In this document: one piece after another, positions 35,080-42,438 of the stretch
Layout of the letters: every line of letters begins with the position of its first letter
Numbering within the stretch: the stretch's first letter is position 1
Sequence record: NC_073088
From: Escherichia phage PC2
Reading direction: 5' to 3' (one strand)
Length of the DNA: 45,201 nt
The notes under the pieces: model-generated
Seen by the model: the letters and a program-made list of their open reading frames with translations, nothing else
Database searches by the model: none
What the model was told of the DNA's origin: nothing
Made by a program: the position numbers and the translations under genes

Positions 35080-35571
35080 TTATGCAGCGTTACGCCCGAT
35101 CTTCTCGGCAACGTCCCACTGCTTACCATCAAACAACGCCTGTCTGCCGATTGCACGGCGTACCAGACCCTTAAGCACTTCCCCGCCTTGCTTGCGGAAC
35201 TGCGGCAGAGTAGCACGGACCTTCGCCCAGTCGCCCAGTCGCACCGCATCATCGAAATCATTCGCGATGTTATCCGGTACGATCGGACCTTGACCGGCAT
35301 TGATTACCAGGTCCACCAGCGCGTCGAATTGCGCCTGGTTAATGCTCGGATGTGCGTATTTGTTCACCCAGTCCTCGGCATACGCCACATCTCGCTTGAG
35401 CAGTTCCAGCGCTTCCGCACGGGTAATGCTTCGAGGCGGGTTAGTGCCGGTATGACCATAACCCCAGGTGTACAGGCCGCGGGCCTGCTCTTTCTTAGTC
35501 GCGAAATACGGCACTGGGCTGAAAGTCTCCCATGCTGCCGTAAATCGTAGACCGTTATCACTGAATCGCAT
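35080..35571 (-). CDS. Endolysin, T4 lysozyme-like (GH24 family)
   Basis: 163 aa; motif GLRFTAAWETF...YTWGYGHTG parallels T4 lysozyme [21 protein letters not shown]; directly after the holin-like genes. Confidence 0.85.
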   Translation of the reverse strand: MRFSDNGLRFTAAWETFSPVPYFATKKEQARGLYTWGYGHTGTNPPRSITRAEALELLKRDVAYAEDWVNKYAHPSINQAQFDALVDLVINAGQGPIVPDNIANDFDDAVRLGDWAKVRATLPQFRKQGGEVLKGLVRRAIGRQALFDGKQWDVAEKIGRNAA

Positions 35572-35803
35572 GTTTTACCCCATTCAAAACAGCATTACGC
35601 AGGGTGCGCAATGCAAACAGCCAGATTAACGCGGTCCAGGTGGTATCAGATACGTCTCCTGTTTGCAACAATCCGATAAGACAGATCATTGCCGTTAACA
35701 GATACAGCACCCGGCCTAAGATACCATCCTGAACGGACGGCGCATATACGTTAAACAGGGACGAAGCCCCGATGATAACAAACAACAGGACGGAGATAAT
35801 CAT
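35558..35803 (-). CDS. Holin / antiholin-like small membrane protein
   Basis: 81 aa with 2-3 predicted transmembrane segments; ATGA overlap with upstream holin; overlaps endolysin start by 14 nt. Confidence 0.5.
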   Translation of the reverse strand: MIISVLLFVIIGASSLFNVYAPSVQDGILGRVLYLLTAMICLIGLLQTGDVSDTTWTALIWLFALRTLRNAVLNGVKHAIQ

Positions 35804-36090
35804 TTTGCACCCCCCGGAAGTCGGAACGACGCAATAGTCTCCCTGATCCGGTCGGCGATTGGCATCCAGAAGATTGCGGTTACGAAGCCCAAACCGGCGA
35901 CAGTGCGCTCACCCGACAAACCAGCCCACTCGGCAATAGCCGGTGCGCCAAATATGGCACACAGGAAGCCAACTACAACATACAAAACGAAGTTTAGCGG
36001 CCCCTTCGTAGCCTCACCATGAATGCGTGCGCCTACGAAGCCACCCGCCAGACATGCCAGGGCGAATAGCCACTCGTTTAGCTTATCCAT
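35800..36090 (-). CDS. Holin
   Basis: 96 aa with about 3 hydrophobic segments and a charged C-terminus; first gene of the holin-endolysin block. Confidence 0.55.
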   Translation of the reverse strand: MDKLNEWLFALACLAGGFVGARIHGEATKGPLNFVLYVVVGFLCAIFGAPAIAEWAGLSGERTVAGLGFVTAIFWMPIADRIRETIASFRLPGGAK

Positions 36091-36142
36091 AAAAAAGTCC
36101 CAGTAAGTTTTAGCTCACTGGGACTATATCACGCTTGCATAA

Positions 36143-36442
36143 TTAATCGAAAATGGACCACTTGCCGACGCCTTTCCACTCCCACCCGGATGACCGGACG
36201 GCTTCGAATGTTCGACCGCCTATCATATCCCGATACCACAGCCACCACATGCGCAACCGGGTCGGGTGCTCCGTTATTCCACGGCGCTTGTAGATCTCGA
36301 ACGTCATGCGGGTAATGCTGGCTGCTTCCACGGCGGGCCATACTACGAACAACAGGACGACCAACAGCACCGCGGTAAGCAGGCACAGCCCGCAGACCAA
36401 ACCAAACCAATAAATCACATCATGAATCATAATCTGCCCCAT
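36143..36442 (-). CDS. Small membrane protein of unknown function
   Basis: 99 aa; N-terminal transmembrane helix (VIYWFGLVCGLCLLTAVLLVVLLFVVW). Confidence 0.45.
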   Translation of the reverse strand: MGQIMIHDVIYWFGLVCGLCLLTAVLLVVLLFVVWPAVEAASITRMTFEIYKRRGITEHPTRLRMWWLWYRDMIGGRTFEAVRSSGWEWKGVGKWSIFD

Positions 36443-36649
36443 AGGTATTTAACCAGACTAATAACAGCCGCCAACAACACCAGGGCCGCCAGACTACCGC
36501 CACATACTACCGCGAAGACGTATAGCATCGAATTGCCCCTTCCGGTTTGCCAATATGGCGCGCCCATGCACGCGCCACGAAGTAATTGCGAAATACCCGA
36601 CCGCCTATCTCAAAGCGGTTGTGCTGAAGCATATCGCGGATCGTCGCAC

Positions 36650-37207
36650 TCATTTCAGAATCACCGAGCGCGGGTCGATGGCGTTCATGCTGCCGTCTCG
36701 TTCTACCCGGATGAATCCAACGCCATATTCCTGCGCATGGCGCTGTGCATTCGTCACGGCGTCAAAGCGATTGACGATTTGGTGTACGGCGCGGCCCATC
36801 TTCGCTTGCACCTGGTGGGCGTCGTAGGTTGCGTAGGCGGGCTGCGACTTGCGGAACTCAACGCTCTCATGCGGCTGGCGTTCGCGAAGGCTGTAGTTGC
36901 GGCCCACGCGCTCGTAGTTGACAAGGCCGAAGTAAGTCATACCGGCGACGCCATCCTTGCGGTTCTGCATACGCAGACCATGAAGACCGACATATTCGAC
37001 GATCCACATACTACCGTCGCGAATATCACGCAGCACATCGCCGCGCTCGATATCATGCGTGACAATATCGAAGTTTTCTGGCAGCTTGTCCTTCTTCGCC
37101 CACCAGACCCGATCGCTTGCGGCGTGGTGTAGGCGCACGTGCGCGACAAGGGTCTGTATTGGCCTAAGAATTTTCCCATCATGCTTGCGGCGGAATAGTA
37201 ATTTCAT
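36650..37207 (-). CDS. Hypothetical protein
   Basis: 185 aa; ATGA coupling with the upstream small ORF. Confidence 0.5.
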   Translation of the reverse strand: MKLLFRRKHDGKILRPIQTLVAHVRLHHAASDRVWWAKKDKLPENFDIVTHDIERGDVLRDIRDGSMWIVEYVGLHGLRMQNRKDGVAGMTYFGLVNYERVGRNYSLRERQPHESVEFRKSQPAYATYDAHQVQAKMGRAVHQIVNRFDAVTNAQRHAQEYGVGFIRVERDGSMNAIDPRSVILK

Positions 37208-37347
37208 TGCTCTGTCTCCTCAATCTCATCGGCAGTTTTCGTGTCGCCATCGCACACCGTAGCGATACCGTCCATCTCATAATCTGCTATGCAGGCATCA
37301 ATAGAAATAAACTTCTGCGAGAATCCCGCCATTAGTGCTGGTGTCAT
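37204..37347 (-). CDS. Small acidic protein
   Basis: 47 aa (MTPALMAGFSQKFISIDACIADYEMDGIATVCDGDTKTADEIEETEQ); ATGA overlaps at both ends. Confidence 0.35.
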   Translation of the reverse strand: MTPALMAGFSQKFISIDACIADYEMDGIATVCDGDTKTADEIEETEQ

Positions 37348-37613
37348 TTGCTCAGTCTCCAGTGTTTGCCTACCCGCTCGACTGCGGGCTTCCGGCGTAA
37401 TGTAATACGGATGCCAATTGGTTGCAAGGACGTTTTTATGGCAAGTCCATGCTCCCTGGCGAACTGGTGCAGATAGCGAGTCTGCGTTAATGGCTTCACA
37501 TCGTCGCGATAGCACCAGAACACAGAATCGCCCTCAACCGCATTCTGCGCCCATATTCGTATGCAATGCAGTGGAATATGCCACGAAAGCTGTTTAGCTC
37601 GTCTGCGGTCCAT
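37344..37613 (-). CDS. Hypothetical protein
   Basis: 89-aa ORF in a chain of coupled early genes. Confidence 0.4.
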   Translation of the reverse strand: MDRRRAKQLSWHIPLHCIRIWAQNAVEGDSVFWCYRDDVKPLTQTRYLHQFAREHGLAIKTSLQPIGIRITLRRKPAVERVGKHWRLSK

Positions 37614-37622
37614 TTTGGCCCC

Positions 37623-37949
37623 TTATTTCGCAAGCTGGGCGAATAACTCACGCTGGGCGGCAATCCGGGCGATGTTTGTTGCTGCCGTCTCACCGATCCC
37701 GAAGCGATACGCCAGGCGCTCGCGAGAGAATGCAAGCGCGTAGTCCTGGATGGCGTTCGCCAGTGGCTGGATCTCTTCCATCGTGTCGAAGCGGCGCCCA
37801 AGCATAACGGTGATGGCCCGCTGCATTACCCTCACAACGGCCCACGCTGCCGATAGTCTTTCTACTGCTTCCACCCCCTCACCGGCGAACTCCGCCGCTT
37901 CTTGTGCCTTCGCCATAGCCATTGCGTAATTCCAGATTAATTTTTTCAT
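37623..37949 (-). CDS. Hypothetical helical protein (first gene of the minus early operon)
   Basis: 108 aa; RBS AGAGGA; directly downstream of promoter 37978-38006. Confidence 0.5.
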   Translation of the reverse strand: MKKLIWNYAMAMAKAQEAAEFAGEGVEAVERLSAAWAVVRVMQRAITVMLGRRFDTMEEIQPLANAIQDYALAFSRERLAYRFGIGETAATNIARIAAQRELFAQLAK

Positions 37950-37977
37950 TGTTCAGTCCTCTTGTTGGTGTGCAACC

Positions 37978-38006
37978 AATCTAGCAGGATGCTGGCATGA
38001 ATGCAA
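37978..38006 (-). promoter_or_regulatory. Sigma70-type promoter (TTGCAT-N17-TAGATT) with an overlapping palindromic operator
   Basis: Minus-strand hexamers read directly; palindrome GTTGGTGTGCAACCAAT at 37964-37980 overlaps the -10; two TGCAACCAA copies at 37971-37979 and 38002-38010. Confidence 0.55.
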
Positions 38007-38165
38007 CCAATATTAATCACGCGTATGAAAAAGTTGATCGCTATCTGCTGTGACTGCAAACTGCATTTTTCACACCCCATTCTGCAACTCGCATTGGTTG
38101 CCTAGTTCAGCGACGACCGCGATTTACAATGTGCTGCCGTGTATTATGCAATCCCGGATTTTATG

Positions 38166-38331
38166 CAGTCTCAGACGAGGGGGTCAGTTGGCCCCCGTCT
38201 AGTCTGAAAGACTGGGAGTTGTCCCGCCTGTCCCGCTCCTCGCCAGGCCGCGTCATCCGGGGCGGGACAGGGGTGCTGTCCCGCTTTGTCCCGCCCCTGG
38301 TCTGTCCCGCTTTTTGTCCCGCTTACTTTAT
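38166..38331. repeat. Copy B of a 166-bp GTCCCGC-repeat / hairpin element
   Basis: Aligns with 21105-21270: identical blocks CAGTCTCAGACGAGGGGG, CCCCCGTCTAGTCTGAAAGACTGGG, TTGTCCCGCCTGTCCCG, GCGGGACAGGGGTGCTGTCCCGCTTTGTCCCG and CTGTCCCGCTTTTTGTCCCGCTTACTTTAT, separated by divergent spacers. Confidence 0.85.
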
Positions 38332-38372
38332 TCAGTTTTATTGCATAACTATTCACTATATTTACACTACAC

Positions 38373-38420
38373 GGCAACCAATGCGACCAGATAAAAACGC
38401 TCAAAATGGCAACCAATGCG
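38373..38420. repeat. Direct repeat of GGCAACCAATGCG (two copies, 22-bp spacer)
   Basis: Copies at 38373-38385 and 38408-38420, just downstream of the primase-helicase stop. Confidence 0.6.
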
Positions 38421-38428
38421 CGCAAAAA

Positions 38429-40693
38429 TTAATCTTTCAGGTCATCATCGGTCGCCGAAAGCGTTATGGGAATATCCGATTTGATGACCAAATTCGACGA
38501 CCCATAGATGGCCCCGGTGTGCGGATCTGTATAAAAACCAATCACGCCGCGCTCGACCATATCGTCGATTGCCTTCGTCGAAGTGCCTCCCTTAGCGAGT
38601 CCAGCCTGGCGGACAATTGCCGATTTACTGAATCCAGTGTGGTTAGGGTTATCTTCCATCAGTTTTTCCAGTGCCGCATAGAGCACTTTCTCTTTTTCGT
38701 TGCGCGGACCGGCGGTGTTCTCCTCCTTAGCTGCGGCTTTTCCCTCCGCCTTCGCCTGTTCTATAGCGAACGGTGCCAGGGCAACCGGTACGAGGTAGAG
38801 AGTCTCGTCGCGAGGTGTGGAGGCAATCGGCTTGACGTCCCAACCGGCAACCACATCCCCGAAGTCTGGCCCGGTGCTGGTGGACTGGTGCGACGCGAAC
38901 GCTTCTGACTTGCGGAGATCCACCTTCACCTTGCACTTGAGCAGGACGAAGCCACGCGGCGCTTGCTTGATACCGTTACGTGACTTTTCGTGGTACAGGT
39001 TGAGTTGTCCCGGCTGGTTGTCGTCCGGCTGTTCCAGGAAGAACGCAGAATCGACAGCACCATGCAGCGCGCCGGACCCGCGGGGGGTTCTGCTGCCGTT
39101 TGCACCTTTCGCGGGGTGGTGGATGACACCCGCACTGCCACCTGTATTTTCCGCAATGGCCTTCAGCGCTTTGACCACTTCACCCATATCGCTGGCGTTG
39201 TTCTCGTCGAACGGTTTAGCATCAGCGGACCGCAACGCAACAGTCTGGTTGAGTGAGTCGAACGCCACCAGGCCAACCGGTTCGCCGTTAGCGGTGCGGT
39301 TGATAAAGCTGATAACTTCGCGCAAGCCGGATTTGCTGGTGATATCCCAGCCGCGTGACTGCAGATCGATAATGTGCAGCTTGTCCAGGTCGTGCTCGTA
39401 TTTAATCTGCAATGCTTCTTTACGCTGGTTGGAGGCTTCACCACCTTCCGCATCGAAATAGAAGCAATGGGACTGGACGACCTTCGCACCGCCAAACGGA
39501 ATACCGGCGGCAACCGCGCCCATCTGGCCCAGCACGTAGAAAGACTTACCAATATTCGACTCACCCGCCATGTACCAGGTCGATTTGAAGTTAATCAGAC
39601 CTTCGATGATCGGGTCGTGCTTACTGAATAGTGCGACCGGCTCGTTATCCAGATCCGCATCGGTGCACACGCCGTATTCTTCGCCGTCGCCAACCGCATC
39701 AACAATATGTTCATATAAGGATTCGACTTCCTCGTCGTCCAGCCCTGGGAGGATGGCGGCAATTTGCTTACGTGACATGTTGTGCGGCTCGACGTTCAGG
39801 TGGTCCGGTATCCCGATAAGACGTAGCGCCAGGTGCTGGTGTCTATTTAGCTCCGAGCAACACTCGTTTCCGGTGTGCATACACTTGAAACGGATCTCGC
39901 CATCCTTGACCATGATAGCCGTCGACCCTTCGCCGCTGTGCAGATGTTCGTTCGGGCACGGCACTTCATAACCGCGACCAGAAGATAACTCCTCGAATCC
40001 TGCCTGGAAGCACCAGTCCAGAATACCGTCCGCCACTGCGTCGTCGCCCTGGGTAAGCTCGCGGCGTACTTCCTCTTTCTCCACCCCCAGCTTGTCCGCC
40101 AGGCGGAGCAGACGCCGCACATTAGCGCGCTTGCCGTAGTGGCACTTAATAACAGACTGCTGGTGTGGCAAGTACATAAGACGGTTTGTGTCTTTCGTGC
40201 AATCGTCGAAGTCCACATCCGACAGGCCCAGTTGGTCTAACAGCGCGTACTGCACGCGGCCCAGGTCTTCCGCCGGTACTGGTTTATCTGTGAGCACAAG
40301 GAAACGGGCGCAACGCGTGCCGCCTTTCAGCGGGTGGCGGTCGCCGGTGGTTGTGTGGAATACGTGCTCAAGCCCCGCGCCGATGAAAGCCTTGCGGCAG
40401 CGGCGTAGGGTGCGGGTGTCGGTACGGTCAATATCGAAGAACAGGATCGAGCGGTCCACCGCACTTGTCTTGCGGCGTAAGCCGTCACTGGTATACGCTA
40501 CGATGCCATCGGCCTTACGCTTGCGGCGCGCATACTCGGCTTTATCTTCCGTCTTGTTGATATGCACCGAGGAGATTTCTTTCGCATCATTGATAAATTC
40601 GAAAAATTCATCGGTGGTCATCTGGAAGTTTTCCGCCCTGGCTTTTTCGCCTTTTTTAGCGGGTCTTGTTACAGCGAATTTAATTAAGCTCAT
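38429..40693 (-). CDS. Primase-polymerase (AEP-like) fused to a P-loop helicase
   Basis: 754 aa; N-terminal DxD motif (ILFFDIDRTD), central Cys-rich zinc-binding segment (CPNEHLH...CMHTGNECC), C-terminal Walker A (MAGESNIGKSF). Confidence 0.8.
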   Translation of the reverse strand: MSLIKFAVTRPAKKGEKARAENFQMTTDEFFEFINDAKEISSVHINKTEDKAEYARRKRKADGIVAYTSDGLRRKTSAVDRSILFFDIDRTDTRTLRRCRKAFIGAGLEHVFHTTTGDRHPLKGGTRCARFLVLTDKPVPAEDLGRVQYALLDQLGLSDVDFDDCTKDTNRLMYLPHQQSVIKCHYGKRANVRRLLRLADKLGVEKEEVRRELTQGDDAVADGILDWCFQAGFEELSSGRGYEVPCPNEHLHSGEGSTAIMVKDGEIRFKCMHTGNECCSELNRHQHLALRLIGIPDHLNVEPHNMSRKQIAAILPGLDDEEVESLYEHIVDAVGDGEEYGVCTDADLDNEPVALFSKHDPIIEGLINFKSTWYMAGESNIGKSFYVLGQMGAVAAGIPFGGAKVVQSHCFYFDAEGGEASNQRKEALQIKYEHDLDKLHIIDLQSRGWDITSKSGLREVISFINRTANGEPVGLVAFDSLNQTVALRSADAKPFDENNASDMGEVVKALKAIAENTGGSAGVIHHPAKGANGSRTPRGSGALHGAVDSAFFLEQPDDNQPGQLNLYHEKSRNGIKQAPRGFVLLKCKVKVDLRKSEAFASHQSTSTGPDFGDVVAGWDVKPIASTPRDETLYLVPVALAPFAIEQAKAEGKAAAKEENTAGPRNEKEKVLYAALEKLMEDNPNHTGFSKSAIVRQAGLAKGGTSTKAIDDMVERGVIGFYTDPHTGAIYGSSNLVIKSDIPITLSATDDDLKD

Positions 40694-40703
40694 TGCCGTG
40701 GCC

Positions 40704-41033
40704 TTACTTAGAAGTTTTATTATTGCGTACCCAGGAGCGCACTGTGCTCTGATTAATTCCGGTCAACTCGGCAATCATTGCCCAGGATTTTCCCTCGGCG
40801 CGCAAACGGATAACCTGTTTTTTGTATTCTTCCATTTCTTCATTGTGCTTTTGCAGCTTGCTGGCTGCCGTACCGTTGAGCAATTCCAGCCTGGCGCGTA
40901 ATTCTTTTTCTACACTGCGCAGGCGCTCGACCTCAAATAGCACCGCCCCCACGGCATCGGTATAAGCCCATGACCGGCTTGTTTCACTGCTAACAGTCTT
41001 CGTTAACATTTCGATTGCGTCGTTTACATTCAT
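40704..41033 (-). CDS. Transcriptional regulator with C-terminal helix-turn-helix
   Basis: 109 aa; coiled-coil N-terminus; C-terminal HTH (GKSWAMIAELTGINQSTVRSWV); RBS GAGGG; first gene after promoter 41065-41093. Confidence 0.55.
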   Translation of the reverse strand: MNVNDAIEMLTKTVSSETSRSWAYTDAVGAVLFEVERLRSVEKELRARLELLNGTAASKLQKHNEEMEEYKKQVIRLRAEGKSWAMIAELTGINQSTVRSWVRNNKTSK

Positions 41034-41046
41034 TGCTCAGCCCTCA

Positions 41047-41063
41047 GTTGGTTAATGACCAAC
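41047..41063. promoter_or_regulatory. Palindromic operator candidate GTTGGT-TAATG-ACCAAC at the start of the regulator transcript
   Basis: Perfect 6-bp arms read directly; related palindromes at 37964-37980 and 27014-27030 overlap two other promoters. Confidence 0.5.
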
Positions 41064-41064
41064 G

Positions 41065-41093
41065 AAACTACACCTAAAACCACAAGGTGTCAA
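41065..41093 (-). promoter_or_regulatory. Sigma70-type promoter (TTGACA-N17-TAGTTT) for the regulator and primase-helicase
   Basis: Consensus -35 read on the minus strand; divergent from the plus promoter at 41213-41241. Confidence 0.55.
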
Positions 41094-41212
41094 ATCCTTT
41101 GGATATTGAAACGGGCGCGCACGCGTGTAATAATAATAATTCCCGTCTCATTGTCTCTTATTGGTTAGCGCCGTCGCATTTTGCTTCGGCGCTTTTTTTT
41201 TAAAATTAGTTG

Positions 41213-41241
41213 TTGACTCCCTTCTGCAACCAATCTAATAT
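41213..41241 (+). promoter_or_regulatory. Sigma70-type promoter (TTGACT-N17-TAATAT) with upstream T/A-rich tract
   Basis: Hexamers read directly; T9 tract and AAAATTAG at 41194-41210; drives the plus arm. Confidence 0.6.
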
Positions 41242-41247
41242 TCACCT

Positions 41248-41436
41248 CGTCGACAGGATGCAGGACGCAAACTGGAGAGGGGCAACGCAGGGGCCGGATC
41301 GAAGTGTCAGGATTCCCAACCGTGATTATATAACCCGGTCCACTACCCGAAGGGAGAACGCGCAACCGGGCACTATGTTAAGGCCACCGACGAAGTTAAT
41401 GGTCGACACCTAAACTTAACCAATCGGAGATATACC
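41248..41436 (+). other. Long (about 190 nt) GC-rich 5' leader before the first plus-arm gene
   Basis: No RBS-supported ORF; two GTCGAC palindromes near its ends (41251-41256 and 41409-41414); could be a structured regulatory RNA. Confidence 0.35.
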
Positions 41437-41949
41437 ATGTTTGAACAAATCGTAAACCTGATTACTCGCGGCGTAGTAGCACTGGAAACCATCGCTAAGC
41501 ATTATGAAACCGTCGGCGCTGCCGTTGGTAAACAGGAAGACAAGAAGCCGTCTAAGGCTAAAAAAGAAGTTGTCGAAGATGACGACGCCGAAGACGAAGC
41601 ACCGGCGAAAACCAAAAAAGCACCGGCGAAAGGTAAGGCCAAAAAAGAAGTCGTAGAGGATGACGACGATGAAGAAGCCGAAGACGAAAAACCGGCGAAG
41701 GGTAAAAAAGCACCGGCGAAAGGCAAAGGTAAGAAAGATGCCGACCCGCTGGCAGAGATGCGCGACGAGATCAAACAGTATGCCGCGATTATCGCTGGCG
41801 GTGATGATGACGATGCGAACGACGAATTTGACGACCTGCTGGAATCGTTCGAGATCAAATCAATCGCCAAGCTGGAAGATGACGACGTGGAAGATTTCCA
41901 CAAAGATCTGAAAGAAATCGTCGAAACCTATTTCGAACTGGAAGATTAA
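41437..41949 (+). CDS. Acidic protein with alternating Lys-rich and Asp/Glu-rich repeats
   Basis: 170 aa; repeats KKEVVEDDD(A/D)E...APAKGK; first gene after a strong promoter; followed by a terminator. Confidence 0.55.
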   Translation: MFEQIVNLITRGVVALETIAKHYETVGAAVGKQEDKKPSKAKKEVVEDDDAEDEAPAKTKKAPAKGKAKKEVVEDDDDEEAEDEKPAKGKKAPAKGKGKKDADPLAEMRDEIKQYAAIIAGGDDDDANDEFDDLLESFEIKSIAKLEDDDVEDFHKDLKEIVETYFELED

Positions 41950-41955
41950 TATTAT

Positions 41956-41985
41956 CCGGCCCGCTAATCTGCGGGCCTCTTTTTA
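41956..41985 (+). terminator. Intrinsic terminator after the acidic-protein gene
   Basis: GGCCCGC-TAATCT-GCGGGCC followed by TCTTTTT. Confidence 0.75.
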
Positions 41986-41997
41986 GAGGACGAGACA

Positions 41998-42249
41998 ATG
42001 GCACGATTCACGCTAATCGAGGCGGTGGATTCCCGCGACCAGCGCCCGTACTATTGGCTATTCGAACGCATCGGCAGCTTTCAATCACGCGTTGCCGTAA
42101 TAGATAAACGCCGTAACACCCCCGCGCAAATTAAGCGCACCACCTTTACTAACCCCGACTTTTATATTTGGGCGGATTCAAATCTGGAATATGTTCGCTT
42201 CGCAGTTGCATCCGAAGCAAAAACAATTGACCGCTGGGAGACAAAATAA
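41998..42249 (+). CDS. Hypothetical protein
   Basis: 83 aa; RBS AGAGGA. Confidence 0.45.
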   Translation: MARFTLIEAVDSRDQRPYYWLFERIGSFQSRVAVIDKRRNTPAQIKRTTFTNPDFYIWADSNLEYVRFAVASEAKTIDRWETK

Positions 42250-42438
42250 ATGGCTATATTCTTCGTTTTATTTCGTTGCCGTATTACCGGCGACGAGCAA
42301 CCGGAAATTGTTATGAATCAAAACTGGAATTGCTGCTGGATGCAAGCCCGAGGACTGGCGGCTACCATGAACAATGCCGCTAAGCGGGCCAATGTTGAAC
42401 ATGATTATTACATTGCTCAGTTTTCAAGGGTGGAATAA
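42250..42438 (+). CDS. Hypothetical small protein
   Basis: 62-aa ORF starting right after the upstream stop; TAATG overlap with the nuclease gene. Confidence 0.3.
   Translation: MAIFFVLFRCRITGDEQPEIVMNQNWNCCWMQARGLAATMNNAAKRANVEHDYYIAQFSRVE

Noticed and set aside
36266-37132. 288-aa plus-strand ORF
   Set aside because: Antisense to a chain of translationally coupled minus-strand genes; low-complexity His/Ala/Arg-rich translation; no promoter or RBS.
38129-39461. Plus-strand ORFs (38129-38908, 38817-39461) overlapping the primase-helicase region
   Set aside because: Antisense to a motif-rich 754-aa gene; translations are Cys/Arg/Ser-rich low-complexity; the first begins inside the non-coding repeat element.
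41250-41436. tRNA or small protein gene in the long leader (including the 51-aa Arg-rich ORF from ATG 41258)
   Set aside because: No cloverleaf with a T-loop motif could be built by eye; the ORF has AGG only 1 nt before its ATG. Kept as a structured leader instead.
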